NCBI GenBank assembly: GCA_051599415.1
Contig: AP039689.1
Coordinates: 186,001-250,000, forward strand
Reading direction: 5' to 3'
DNA length: 64,000 nucleotides
Origin: Savitreella phatthalungensis
Lineage: Eukaryota
Shown here: piece by piece, positions 10,635 through 22,240 of the stretch
How positions within the stretch are numbered: position 1 is the stretch's first letter
Layout of the letters: every line of letters starts with the position of its first letter
The notes under the pieces: generated by a model
Told to the model about the DNA's origin: nothing
Database searches by the model: none
What the model saw: only the letters and a program-made list of their open reading frames with translations
Translations under genes and position numbers: made by a program

Positions 10635-11480
10635 ATGTCACATGCAGTCACGCAAACAATCAAGCTCACAGATGGTCACACCATCCCCGCCGTAGGTCTA
10701 GGAGTGTATCAATCCCGTGGAGATGAATGCACGGCTGCAGTGAAATCGGCCATCGATGCAGGCTACAGACATATCGATTCAGCACTCGGCTACAGGAACG
10801 AGGCGCTAGTCGTCGAAGGTATTAAGCAGAGTGGGATCCCTCGTGATCAAGTCTATTTCACCACAAAACTTCCGCCCGGCCGGTGCGGCTACAAACCGAC
10901 CAAGGAAGATATCCAGGTCTCGATCGACAACATCGGACCCCTCGGCTACATCGACCTGTATTTGATCCATGCACCCTTTGGCAACCGTGAGGAAAGACTT
11001 GGATCGTGGAAAGCGATCGAGGAAGCCATTGATGCAGGTCAAATCCGCAGTGCCGGTGTGAGCAACTACGGCATCCCACACCTCAAAGAGCTACTCGACT
11101 CGAACCCGAAGCACAAGCCGGTAATCAACCAGATCGAGCTTCACCCGTGGCTACAGCGCCGCGAGCTCGTTGAGTTTGGCAGAAAGCATGGTGTTGCGCC
11201 AGAGGCCTACAGCCCGCTCACACGAGGTCAGAAGCTTGACGACGCCACGCTGGCCAAGGTCGCCCAGGCTGTCAATCGTACACCTGGCCAAGTACTTCTA
11301 CGGTGGTCTTTGCAGAAGGGCTTCATCACGCTGCCGAAATCTGTCACCCCTAGCCGGATCATCGACAACTTCGACATCTTCTCATGGGAACTGTCACCGG
11401 AGCACATGCAGCAACTCGATGACCTAGAGGCAGCACTCGTCACTGGCTGGGATCCCACCACACACCCCGTCGACACTTAG
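10635..11480 (+). CDS. Aldo/keto reductase (possible N-terminal extension from ATG 10536/10548)
   Basis: IPAVGLGVY, GYRHIDSA..Y.NE, DLYLIHAP, GVSNY, NQIELHP, LPKSVTPSRI. Confidence 0.93.
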   Translation: MSHAVTQTIKLTDGHTIPAVGLGVYQSRGDECTAAVKSAIDAGYRHIDSALGYRNEALVVEGIKQSGIPRDQVYFTTKLPPGRCGYKPTKEDIQVSIDNIGPLGYIDLYLIHAPFGNREERLGSWKAIEEAIDAGQIRSAGVSNYGIPHLKELLDSNPKHKPVINQIELHPWLQRRELVEFGRKHGVAPEAYSPLTRGQKLDDATLAKVAQAVNRTPGQVLLRWSLQKGFITLPKSVTPSRIIDNFDIFSWELSPEHMQQLDDLEAALVTGWDPTTHPVDT

Positions 11481-11747
11481 TCCTATGGCAAGACCAGATC
11501 CATTTGGCCGTATGATCTAACCCAACCCTTTTCGTATCAATTATGTTGAGACTTCTTTTCAGTGAGCGAGATCGGCTGATTGAGTCAATCCTGGTGATGT
11601 GCATTGCATTGCTTTGTGAAGCGAGACGCCATGGCGTTGTTGTGTGGAGCCGATGCGATAAAAAAGGCGTCATTTTTCCAAGCGCAACCACCGGCATAAT
11701 TCAGACGATCAGAAGGTCACTCACTTCCTTGGGACGCTTGGTCGATA

Positions 11748-13220
11748 ATGTCAGAGCTGCTCTCTGGGCTATCCGCAGCCGAAATTGAGCATCTGAGGTT
11801 CACCTTGATAGACTGGTGCTTGGCCCATGGACTGGTGGTACGGCCACAACCAGCAGTGGCTGCGGAGAATCGAGGCGGGTGTCTAGCATGCCACGCCCCA
11901 GTAGCGCTCCATCCCACGCCATTTCCTCGCGCCTGCTTCAACCACGCGTACGCCATCCAGAAGGGCTACAACGAGCTGTACGCGCGGATCGCGAACGATC
12001 AGACATTCCTCGCAGGCATCATGCGTGACCTAGGCGATGTCGACGACTTTACGAAGTCCCTTTGGGAACTACATCTCGAAGTCCAGTCTGACCTCACAGC
12101 TGCTGGACGTACAGAGCAGGACATATATCTGGGTATGTTCAGATCTGATTACCTGGTACACGCGCAGGAAGGCCTAGCTCCACAGATCAAACAGGTCGAG
12201 TTCAATACCGTCTCATCTTCATTCGCGGGGCTTGCCACTCGGACAGCAGAATTGCATCGCAGCATGGTCAAGCAAGGTGCATATGGCCCGAACTTTCAGG
12301 CGACACTAGCAGATCTTCCAAAAAATCCAGCGACCGAAGGTCTAGCTGCCGGATTGGCCGCAGCTCACAGTGCGTACGGTGTCAAGGACGCTATTGTGCT
12401 TTTCGTCGTCCAGCCTGGGGAACGGAACGCTTTTGATCAGCGGTGGCTCGAGTACGCTCTGCTGGAGACGCATGGCGTGCACTCGGTCCGGCTGACCTTG
12501 GCGGATGTGCAGTCGCGTACGAGCACGGACGAGTCTGGGAAGCTACGCATAGGCGGCGTTCACACGCCCACCGAGGTCGCCGTCGTCTACTACCGCGCAG
12601 GATACTCACCGGACGACTATCCTTCCGCGGAAGAGTGGCGCGGTCGCAAAACCCTGGAGGCCTCAGCAGCCATCAAGTGCCCTACCCTCCTGACTCAGCT
12701 CGCAGGATCAAAGAAGGTGCAACAGGTGCTGACGGATGCAGGGATGGTCGAGCGATTTGTCGATACAAAGGAGTCTGCAGATCTAGTGAGATCGACATTT
12801 GTCAAGCTGCATACGCTAGACACGACCGAGGCTGGCAAGGAAGCACGGCGTCTCGCGCTCGAGCAGCCAGAGCGGTACGTGCTGAAACCTTCTCGCGAGG
12901 GTGGAGGCAACAACATCTATCGAGACAAGATACCTGAATTCCTTCGAACAATCCCAGAGCGACAGTGGCCAGGGTACATCTTGATGGAGTTGATCCTGCC
13001 TCCGGACCGTCACAACGCCATCGTCCGAGCAGGCGAACTCTTCCCAGCGACCGTGGTCAGCGAGCTAGGAATATACGGCGCGGTCGTGTGGGACAAACAG
13101 GGCAAGATTCTCTACAACGAACCCGCAGGCCATCTCCTGAGAACCAAGTCGAAGGAGACTGATGAAGGTGGCGTCGCTGCCGGATTTGCATGCATCGACT
13201 CCCCGTGGCTGACAGACTAG
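11748..13220 (+). CDS. GSH2: Glutathione synthetase (eukaryotic type)
   Basis: RSDY, KQVEFNT, YYRAGY, QLAGSKKVQQ, LKPSREGGGNN, SELGIYG, EGGVAAGF. Confidence 0.97.
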   Translation: MSELLSGLSAAEIEHLRFTLIDWCLAHGLVVRPQPAVAAENRGGCLACHAPVALHPTPFPRACFNHAYAIQKGYNELYARIANDQTFLAGIMRDLGDVDDFTKSLWELHLEVQSDLTAAGRTEQDIYLGMFRSDYLVHAQEGLAPQIKQVEFNTVSSSFAGLATRTAELHRSMVKQGAYGPNFQATLADLPKNPATEGLAAGLAAAHSAYGVKDAIVLFVVQPGERNAFDQRWLEYALLETHGVHSVRLTLADVQSRTSTDESGKLRIGGVHTPTEVAVVYYRAGYSPDDYPSAEEWRGRKTLEASAAIKCPTLLTQLAGSKKVQQVLTDAGMVERFVDTKESADLVRSTFVKLHTLDTTEAGKEARRLALEQPERYVLKPSREGGGNNIYRDKIPEFLRTIPERQWPGYILMELILPPDRHNAIVRAGELFPATVVSELGIYGAVVWDKQGKILYNEPAGHLLRTKSKETDEGGVAAGFACIDSPWLTD

Positions 13221-14359
13221 ACTAAACTAGACTCATCAATGGCATGCAGACTTTGGGCAGCTTCTGTATGCACAAGCGCCTGAAGGCCCCCTGAGCGACT
13301 CGGCCACAACCCATTTGCTCTGACACACATGGTGACCGCCTCACTTCGCCTCACCCGATTGCTTTTTGTATCGTGCATTCACCGCAGCATCTGCTAGGTT
13401 TTTCCACGACCACGGGTTCTTCAATTTTCAACGCTTGAGAGTCGATCGGAGCTGTAGCTGTTGCCCCAACGGTTTTTCACGCTGTTTGACACATGTGTGA
13501 AATCTTCGTCAAGCAACAGAAGCTGGAACATGAGAATTCAAGTTTTGCCCGAGGTTCCAACACGGAACTCAACCATAGCTCTTCAGATGGGACTTTCACG
13601 TGAAGAGCCAGAAAGTAAACTACCATGGGTCAAAGTCGATTTTCGGGTACACTTTTCTGCCGAACTCAATCTAAATCCCGTCCCATCAAACTCCATCGCT
13701 CGAACCTTCTCAGATCAATCGATGTGACTAGATTCATCTTTGACTTGGTTGAAAGAGCGGTCGTTGTGTCAATGGGGCAGAAAGTCAAGTTAACTCACCT
13801 GCAATTACGGTTTCAGCCTCAAGTTTCCCCAATAGGAGCCAACCAGCTTTAACTCAAACCTAGGTTGAATGGAAGCCAGAATGAGTGGATTGATCTCTAT
13901 TCGAACTGTGGTGAAGGACACCCACAGGGAGGAGACGATGTAGAGAGAATGTGTGCAAGTTAAAAGGGAGGCAAGTGAGAAGTGGTGAGGTGGCAGGCCG
14001 AAAAGAAAGCTGGTCTATAAATGTCAGTCTCAATCAAATACACCCTGTTTAGATATCAAGATACTTTCCGTGTATGTCGAGTGACCTCACACCACTATTC
14101 CGCGCTTACACAGTGACCTGTTGCTCTTTCACTCTCCAGGCCGTCCATCGATCGCTGGCAACAGGCTCTGTCAATCGCATTGAATCTACCTTTGCATCGT
14201 CTCCACGAGCGTACAAATCTACCCTCCAGGTACATCCTGCAGTCGGTCCTTACCACCGACCTGCGTCTCCAGTGACAATCTACTCTCTTGCTCTCAAGTA
14301 GGAGAAACAAAGTACCTGATCAAACTCATTTCCTTCCGATCAAGCACGCTCCCAGACGG

Positions 14360-15268
14360 ATGGACAAGTATCTGGCGCAGGCACAGCACCAGCTTCACCA
14401 GGTCGACTGGGCCTGGGTCCGCGCGCAGACCCTAGAATGGCGCTTCGTCTTGACATGTGCTGCTCTGTACACTGTCACGGTCAAGTGGGTCAACAGGTCA
14501 AGACCTAGTGCACCATCCAGGGTTTCAAAGACGGGAATTTTCAAATGGCTGTGTGTCATCCACAATGCAGCGCTTGCTCTCTACTCCATGTGGACGTTTG
14601 CACGTGCATTTCCGATCGTCGCAGCACGGTTCTCCCGTACAGACATCCCGATCCAACAACGGATTTGCTCGAACCGCCGTGAACTGTTTGACGCTGGGCT
14701 TGAGAATCTGACGTACCTTTTCTACCTGTCGAAATTCTATGAGGTCATTGACACGGCCATCATCCTGCTCAAGGGCAAGGCATCCCCGCTCCTGCAGACG
14801 TACCACCACGCCGGCGCAATGATCACGATGTTTGCAGGCGCCAAGTACTACGCAACGCCGATCTGGCTCTTTGTCGTCTTCAACTCCTTCATTCACTCGA
14901 TCATGTACGTCTACTACACGTGTTCGACCGTCCGCCTTCCATTCCCGCGAGTGCTGAAGAAGTCATTGACGACGCTACAAATCACGCAATTCCTCGTCGG
15001 CGGATCCTGGGCTGCACTGCACCTCGTTTTCAAGCCTGAGAATGGCACGTCGTGTCTGCCAGACGCTGGAGCCAAACTAGCGACCTGGCTTAACCTAATT
15101 TACCTCATGCCTCTGACAGTCCTGTTTGTGCAGTTCTTCATCCGCGAGTACTCGCGCAAGACACCAAACTCAGCCACCGCAAACGGTCGCCGCAACAGCA
15201 GATCTGTCCAGGCGGCTCAGGGCGCAGCACAGCGAACCTTCAAAGAAGGTCTCCGTGTCAAGGCATGA
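14360..15268 (+). CDS. GNS1/SUR4 (ELO) family fatty-acid elongase, QxxHH variant
   Basis: FYLSKFYEVIDT, LQTYHH, NSFIHSIMYVYY, TTLQITQF. First ATG at 14360; TATA-like CTATAAA near 14016. Confidence 0.92.
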   Translation: MDKYLAQAQHQLHQVDWAWVRAQTLEWRFVLTCAALYTVTVKWVNRSRPSAPSRVSKTGIFKWLCVIHNAALALYSMWTFARAFPIVAARFSRTDIPIQQRICSNRRELFDAGLENLTYLFYLSKFYEVIDTAIILLKGKASPLLQTYHHAGAMITMFAGAKYYATPIWLFVVFNSFIHSIMYVYYTCSTVRLPFPRVLKKSLTTLQITQFLVGGSWAALHLVFKPENGTSCLPDAGAKLATWLNLIYLMPLTVLFVQFFIREYSRKTPNSATANGRRNSRSVQAAQGAAQRTFKEGLRVKA

Positions 15269-17078
15269 GGTTAATATCCAGCCTGAAGTCTGCGCCGGCT
15301 TCAGCGTCTCACCGCCATCACCAGCACATCGACAAAATGCATCGCATCCATAATCAACACGATCACGTCTGCCATTCAGGGTGCTGCTTTTGCTCTCTCA
15401 TCAGGCATGCATCGGCAGGCGTCTTGTAGCGTTACTATCTTATGATCGACCGACAAACTCTCATCCACCAGGAGAGCCATGGGCGATCAGGGATCTCATA
15501 TAGGAATTAGTTATCTTTCACAGAGAATCAATCTCTTTCCCAAATCTGTTGATCTTTGTCGTAGACAGACTGGTCTTTGTCTCTGATTGCACAGGTTGTC
15601 TGAAGGGGTGCATCACGTGGAGAAGTCGTTAAGAGAAGAACACGTGAGAGATCACTCCGTCCTTGCTCGATACACATATGTCCGTGTAAGCGGTTAAAGG
15701 TTTCAATCAACGCTAGCTCACTGCCCCATGGTCATCCTTGTCACATCTGCCAGACGAATTCTCTATAACTTTCATACAGATACGTGCTTCCTTCATCATT
15801 CACGTCACTCCACAATTTATCACCCAAGCGAGGACCAGCATCGCACCAATCGACAGCTGCGGATTGTCATTGCTGGAGTGATCCACCCCATCGGATTCGG
15901 GAGATGATGCAGGATAGAGTTGGGTTATCCACGCTGTGTGGTGGTTTGGAATTGAGAGAAATCTGGGGTAGTATGGATATATCCGGCATCGCATACGCTA
16001 TTCAAGGCTTTTTGACACATCCCACCTGACCACTAACTAGCGTGACGGCTTGCCTTCGCAGCCGCCCTTGCAGGTCTTGTCGGGTTTGACGTGCAATTTG
16101 GGCATGTCGATCCGGGGTAATAGGAATCTCCCTGTTTGTTCGGTGGATGTCAAGGATCCGACTGGCCAAGAGGATAGTAGGATCTAGCGGCTGCCCTCAA
16201 GAGAAACAGTCTGCATTTCCATGAGAAGACTTTTGGTGGGCGGAATGGTCATAAGCCTCCCATGGATTCGTCGGCTCAAGGGAAGGCGGAGAAGGCAAGT
16301 TACCTCTCTACAGCGAAAAGCAGTGCAGAATTGAGAATTTCTGGGAATCGGAATCCGGGGTAAACCTTGAGAGTTTGGGTAGCTGGGTCAAGCCAAAGAG
16401 AGTGCGATGCTGATGATGAGCTGAGAATCGATTAGTTTGACAGCGAATCAATGAAGACGCTCTTCCTAAGAATGATTGAGATCGACCGGATGATGATCAT
16501 TGCTTTTTGAACCGCACCGGCTATCTGGCCCAGCAGGGAGAATTGCATCCCAGCTGCCATGCATTGCCACGCGACTATCGAATTCAATTCAATCGGGATT
16601 CTTAGCTCTAGAGGAGTGATGCCACGTTTTAGTACAGGTGAGAAGGTGTTAGTCTCTAGATTGAGTTTCATTGGCGTTTCAGATTTTGAATTATTTTTTG
16701 AAGAAAGAGATCCGTCTCAGCCGCTAAACCGTGCCTGCTGCATATACGCAGACATTCACTCACTCACTCACACACGCACACAGAAATTGAAGGAACTCTG
16801 AATGTCCACGAGACCTGGTCAGCAGAAAAGAATTGCGCGCGATTGGTCAATTCATAGACATCATCGCCTCAATTCCATTTTAAACCCGAGTTAGATACAA
16901 ATTCCATCTCCTTCTTGAGCATCCGTCCAAAGGGAACAAGAGGAGAGTAAGCAGAAAAGCAAAAGAACAGAGTCTGCGAAGATAGAAATTTTCATTAGAA
17001 CTTCTGCCAGTAGACTGTATCAGTTTTCTATTGCCTTGAACAGTCTGGGTTAAAGCTGTAGCTACTACAATTAGCTAT

Positions 17079-17175
17079 ACTCACTCGCTCATCTACTCTC
17101 ACCGGCTCACCCTACGGGTCCCGTGCACTCACTTCCTCAACATACTCACCATACTCACTCTCTCACTCACTCACT
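17079..17175. repeat. Imperfect (TCAC)n tract upstream of HEM1 (another near 16755-16770)
   Basis: Read directly from the sequence. Confidence 0.7.
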
Positions 17176-17350
17176 TACGCACTGGGGTCAGTGTGGTCAC
17201 TCGAGTACTCCCTTCCCGCCTTGACGCTTCACCAACTCGACGTACACCCACACCCAAACCAGCACACTACAAGAGTAAACCTTTCTGCACTTCTTCCAAA
17301 ATCACCTTCTCCTTCATCTTCACTTCTCCCTCTCCTCCCCTCTTTCCATC

Positions 17351-19036
17351 ATGGAGTCAATGCTCTCAAAGGCAAAGACCTTCTGTCCTTTCATCAGGAC
17401 TTCTTCGACCGCGACCCTTCGCCAGCTTAGCACAGGTCGTCAGAATGGTCAGTCCGCTCTCACCATCGCAGCTTTCAACTGCCCGGTGATGAAGACCGCA
17501 CTCATCAAGCAGCGTCGCACCTACGTCTTCCCTACTCGTCCTGCCAAGGCTTCCATGCCCACGGTCGAGCAGATCCACCTCGACGCTGGCGTCATCGACA
17601 CCTCCGAGGGTCTCGAGAAGTGCCCGCACGCAAGCAAGGCCCTCGCAGCTGGACGTGGACAGACGACCAAATCCGTCACAAACGCCTTCCCCTACGAAGG
17701 CTTCTACAACGACATCCTCGAGCGCAAGAAGGCTGACAAGTCCTACCGCATCTTCAACAACGTCAACCGTCTTGCCAAGGAGTTCCCCCTCGCCCACCCG
17801 CGCGACGAGACCAAGCGCATCAATGTCTGGTGCTCCAACGACTACCTCGGCATGGGCAAGCACAAGGACGTCACAAAGGCGATGCACGAGTCGATCGACA
17901 GATACGGTGCAGGTGCAGGAGGCACACGCAACATTGCCGGCCACAACCTCTCGGCTGAGCGCCTTGAGCGATCTCTTGCCGACCTCCACAACAAGGAGGC
18001 CGCCCTCGTCTTCTCTTCCTGCTTTGTCGCCAACGACGCTTGCCTCTCAACCCTCGGCAGCAAGCTCCCCAACTGTGTCATCTTCTCCGACGAGTCAAAC
18101 CACGCTTCCATGATCCAGGGTATCCGCAACTCTCGCGCAGAGAAAATCATCTTCAAGCACAACGACATCGCCGACCTCGAGCGCAAGCTCGCATCCGTCG
18201 ACCCCGCACGACCAAAGCTCATCGCCTTCGAGTCCGTCTACTCCATGCACGGTGACGTCGGACCAATTTCCCAGATCTGCGACCTCGCTGAGAAGTACGG
18301 CGCAATCACCTTCCTCGACGAGGTTCACGCAGTTGGCATGTACGGCAAGCGCGGTGGCGGCGTCGCCGAGGAGACCAACGGTCTCATGGAGCGCGTCGAC
18401 ATCATCACTGGCACCCTCGCAAAGGCCTACGGCTGCGTCGGTGGCTACATTGCTGCCTCGGCAAAGTGCGTCGACCTCATCCGCTCAGTCGCTCCTGGAT
18501 TCATCTTCACCACCTCACTCCCACCCCACATCATGACTGCCGCCTTGACCGCCGTCGAGCACCTCAAGCAGTCGCAGTACGAGCGAGCAGCTCAGCGTCT
18601 CGCCGTTTCTCGCACCAAGGCCGCTCTCACCTCCATCGGCATTCCGATCCTCGCCAACAACACCCACATCCTTCCGGTCATGGTCGGATCGGCAGAGAAG
18701 GCAAAGCTCGCCTCTGACGAGCTCTTCAACAAGTACGACATCTATGTCCAGTCGATCAACTACCCGACTGTCCCTGTCGGCACTGAACGCCTCCGCATCA
18801 CCCCGGGTCCCGCCCACACCCCTCAAATGATTGAGCAGCTCAAGACTGCGATTGACAACATCTGGACTGAGCACAACCTTCCTCGCCTCGACGCCTGGTC
18901 GGCTCGCGGCATCGACGTCGGTATGGGAGTCGCCATGGACCACGCCAACACAGAGCGTGGCTACATCGGTCAACCCACCGAGCGACACTTCATCGACGCC
19001 GCACACAAGCCCAACCCGCTCATTGCAGCAGCTTGA
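17351..19036 (+). CDS. HEM1: 5-aminolevulinate synthase, mitochondrial
   Basis: [40 protein letters not shown] (PLP lysine), FIFTTSLPP; three N-terminal CP motifs. Confidence 0.98.
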   Translation: MESMLSKAKTFCPFIRTSSTATLRQLSTGRQNGQSALTIAAFNCPVMKTALIKQRRTYVFPTRPAKASMPTVEQIHLDAGVIDTSEGLEKCPHASKALAAGRGQTTKSVTNAFPYEGFYNDILERKKADKSYRIFNNVNRLAKEFPLAHPRDETKRINVWCSNDYLGMGKHKDVTKAMHESIDRYGAGAGGTRNIAGHNLSAERLERSLADLHNKEAALVFSSCFVANDACLSTLGSKLPNCVIFSDESNHASMIQGIRNSRAEKIIFKHNDIADLERKLASVDPARPKLIAFESVYSMHGDVGPISQICDLAEKYGAITFLDEVHAVGMYGKRGGGVAEETNGLMERVDIITGTLAKAYGCVGGYIAASAKCVDLIRSVAPGFIFTTSLPPHIMTAALTAVEHLKQSQYERAAQRLAVSRTKAALTSIGIPILANNTHILPVMVGSAEKAKLASDELFNKYDIYVQSINYPTVPVGTERLRITPGPAHTPQMIEQLKTAIDNIWTEHNLPRLDAWSARGIDVGMGVAMDHANTERGYIGQPTERHFIDAAHKPNPLIAAA

Positions 19037-19139
19037 GCAGAAGGAGGAGATCAAAAACTTTTACCTTATCCAAAAAGTCCATATCGTTAACTCTCTTTTG
19101 TCTATCACTACATAGTCTTCGAAAAATTCAGTTCGCTCA

Positions 19140-20915
19140 TCAGTCCCAGTAGAGAATCTGTCCATCGACGCCAGCCGTTGCCAACTTGCTTGTCTCCCTT
19201 GGATGGTATGCGAGCTTGGTGAGTGGTCCGTTGTGTGCGTTGTACTTTGCCACGAGTCCCGAGGACTTCCAGTCCCAGACGCAGACATGACCATTCCCAT
19301 CTCCACCAGCCAAGTACTTGCCATCGCCACTGAACGCCAACCCAGTCGCATACCCACCCCCACCACCACTACTGAACACCTTCCGCTTGTGCAGCTTCAC
19401 CCTGCCTTCACCGCAACTAAACACGAGAATCCTGTCGTCCAGCGTCTGGGCAGCGAGGTACTTTGGTGCATGGATGGTGGGTGGCCGTGGTGCGACTGCT
19501 GGGATTGCCGCCATTGTAGGGTCAGCGATAAGCTTGATGGGAACACCGATCCCGTACTCCCATGCCCTGACAGTCTTGTCATCAGACGTTGTCACAAACC
19601 GCCTCCCGTCATCCACCAGCGTCACCGTATTGACAGGGCCCAAGTGGTGGTCGTAGCTCTGCACAACAGCATCGGCCGATGGCAGTCGCGTGTCAAGCTG
19701 GACGATCTTCCTGTCGGCTGTGCCGGCGAGGATCTCGTGCCTGTGTGCGAGGGATGCTGATGAGGCTGTGTGGAACTGGACGCACAAGGGCGTTTTCCCA
19801 GTCGTGAGACGAGTGATGCATTGTCCAGTCTCGGTGTCCCAGACCTTCATAGAAGTGTCAAACGACGCACTCACAAACCGCTCGCCGCCCCCACCGCTGA
19901 ACGAAATGTCACGAACGGCCTTCCCGTGGCCTTTGAACTCGCGAAGTAGGCGCCGGTCGTGGTGAGCGTCCCACAACAACAACCGCGAGTCAGCACCTCC
20001 AGACAGCAGCAAGTGCCCTGAACGAGGAAGAAACTCGAGTGCGGTGACGGCGCGCGTGTGTCCTTTTGTCGTGTCGAACGTGTGGATGATCCGTTTTGGG
20101 AGGAAGCTCTCCGGTACAGCCACCGCATCCTCGTCCTCCTCGTGGTCATCGAAGTTGCCAAAGTCAACACCGTCAACGTCCCGAGGCACAGCCATATATG
20201 TCCGGCCCTGGTAGTCTCTCTCGGCAGCACCATAGAAAACGGTCTCCTCTGTCGTGCCGCGATGAGGCCTCGCTGTCCGATCTGCGTGTGTGATAATTGG
20301 TTGTGTCCCCCTCACTTCTCCTTCCCAGCCATCGTCGCTGGCATCCTCGTCATCGTACACCTCAGCAGTGCCCGCCACATATCCCGCCCACGGACCCCGG
20401 TACTCATCCATCGTCTCTGCCGACCCAGCTGCCTGCCGACGTCGCTTCAACTCTCGCTGTGCGGCTCGTCTACTCGCAGATTTACCGCTCCCTCCAGTGA
20501 CGTCGGTCACGGTGCCGCGGGTGACGGTACCTGGATGACGAATGCGATCGCCAGCCCTGTAGGCGCGAGCGAATGTGACATCATCGATCGCATGCTCTTC
20601 CGCATACCCTGTGAGAACGTTCGGCCGCATACGGCCGCCGTCGCCTTCTCCCCCAGCAAGCGGATTCGCAGGACCGTACACCGGCCGCGACAACGCCGAC
20701 AGCCGCACGTTCGCAGTCAGCTCCAATTCCCGAGACCCACCGACCTTCACCACTCGCACCGCGTCACCAAGGGCATCGGCCTCCTCGATAGGTGCGCCAA
20801 TCACCGTCGGCGCAACGTCGAGAGCCTGTCGCTTGAGAGGTCGGTCGGCAGAGGTCTGTGGTACGGCAGCGACATCGTCATCAGAGGACTCGCCATCGTA
20901 GTCTACGAGTGCCAT
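19140..20915 (-). CDS. CDC40: WD40 pre-mRNA splicing factor Prp17/Cdc40
   Basis: YRGPWAGY, RDYQGRTYM, FLPKRIIHTF..GHT, YDHHLGPVN, RFVTTSDDK and a C-terminal YWD. Confidence 0.94.
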   Translation of the reverse strand: MALVDYDGESSDDDVAAVPQTSADRPLKRQALDVAPTVIGAPIEEADALGDAVRVVKVGGSRELELTANVRLSALSRPVYGPANPLAGGEGDGGRMRPNVLTGYAEEHAIDDVTFARAYRAGDRIRHPGTVTRGTVTDVTGGSGKSASRRAAQRELKRRRQAAGSAETMDEYRGPWAGYVAGTAEVYDDEDASDDGWEGEVRGTQPIITHADRTARPHRGTTEETVFYGAAERDYQGRTYMAVPRDVDGVDFGNFDDHEEDEDAVAVPESFLPKRIIHTFDTTKGHTRAVTALEFLPRSGHLLLSGGADSRLLLWDAHHDRRLLREFKGHGKAVRDISFSGGGGERFVSASFDTSMKVWDTETGQCITRLTTGKTPLCVQFHTASSASLAHRHEILAGTADRKIVQLDTRLPSADAVVQSYDHHLGPVNTVTLVDDGRRFVTTSDDKTVRAWEYGIGVPIKLIADPTMAAIPAVAPRPPTIHAPKYLAAQTLDDRILVFSCGEGRVKLHKRKVFSSGGGGGYATGLAFSGDGKYLAGGDGNGHVCVWDWKSSGLVAKYNAHNGPLTKLAYHPRETSKLATAGVDGQILYWD

Positions 20916-20966
20916 CAACACCCTCTTAGGCGCTTAGGCGACTACCCCTGGAGACGTTCGAGCTCC

Positions 20967-21011
20967 GTTCAGATATGTGCATTCAAAGGCGATGTTCAGA
21001 TATGTGCATTC
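20967..21011. repeat. Direct repeat GTTCAGATATGTGCATTC x2 (27-bp period)
   Basis: Exact 18-mer at 20967 and 20994. Confidence 0.9.
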
Positions 21012-21253
21012 GAGGTGTAGGAGAAATCTGAATGGACCAGCTTCGACAATCAGGTTACGTAGTTATTTATAGCACTGAGGCAAGACGGGACGGTATCGAA
21101 GAGCCTAGAGCCACTAAGCTACAAAGATTATGGTGCATTAAGAATATGCTCGCTTGAGCAAGCTGGCTCGAAAGATCATGTTTCTGGCTTTGTTGCATTG
21201 TCAGGTGTGTGCGTGTGTACTTCTGCCTGTCATTATGGTCATCGTTATTCACG

Positions 21254-22240
21254 TTATCGTAATTGCATACGTTCAGGCGAGCTGATTTGTAGCGCCAGCT
21301 CGGCGCTGCTGGGAATGACGCTTCGGACAGTGTAGGCCGGCATCGGCTTGTGTCTTGCAATCCAGGCGCAGGCAAGCTCAAGCTCCTGCACGCCAAGACT
21401 ACGGCCCAGCTCTTCGTCATCAGAACCAACGGATCCGCGGACTTCGCATCCGTCATCAGCCTCATTCAACAAGTGACGTTGAAGACGATGGGTGAAGGAC
21501 CGTGCCATGCGCAGATTCTGTCTGATCTCGGTTCTTGGCAGACAATGTCGCCCTGTCGAGCTCGTTGGCGTCTCGCGGTGATGCCAACGATTTATTTGAT
21601 GCAACTGTCGTCGTGTCCTGCCTGGCAGTTGTCAGCGGTCCTCAGGGTTCAGCTGAGCTGTCAGCATGTTAACCGCTGTCCGCAGCTTCTGTCGCCGTCG
21701 CCTCTGACTCTGCCTCAGCCAAGTGAAGTGAGGAAGGATTTCCAATCGGAATTGCCAGCGATAAAGAGCTAGGAAGCTGTAACGCGCGAGATCTTCTCGA
21801 TGCTCACCTCCTCGGGAAGACCAACAGCGCTGCAAGTTCAGCGTAAGGGTATAAGAACGATGGAGGAAACGTGAGCCAGGAGGCCGCGAAATCTCAATCA
21901 GAAGATAACCTTTTGAGCGCTCACATCAGATGTGTAAGCTTCCGTACGATTCGCTTGTCGTTATTCTTCCACACCTGACATCATAATCAGGCAATTGCTG
22001 GGTCCTGGAAGATCTTAGCGGCCTCGTCCGAAGTGTTCAAGCAAATGAGTCTGATAGCATGCACACGATCTTGCGCACAGGTGTAGTGGTGTCCCTCTAA
22101 GGAGTTCCTTTCCTCGCTGCGCAGGTCATTTAGCAAATCGCCAGGCTGTGCTTGAGTCTTCCGAAATAGTTCCACATCGCCATTGATATTGTTTGCTGCT
22201 TGAGCACGACGCGAAGGCTGACACCGTCATTGAGGAGGAG
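21254..22240 (-). pseudogene. Possible decayed coding sequence
   Basis: One frame is open about 21925-21254 with a single internal TGA (21634). The neighbouring frame has six consecutive stops, all TGA. No homology recognised. Confidence 0.2.

Noticed and set aside
16405..16510. TGATGA motifs upstream of HEM1 as a snoRNA
   Set aside because: There is no properly spaced box D or terminal stem.
20058..21020. 320-aa plus-strand ORF (likewise 59676-60509, 6540-7229, 17366-17989, 57965-58606, 51684-52394)
   Set aside because: These are antisense shadows of well-supported genes in GC-rich coding sequence, mostly with non-ATG starts and no recognisable motifs.
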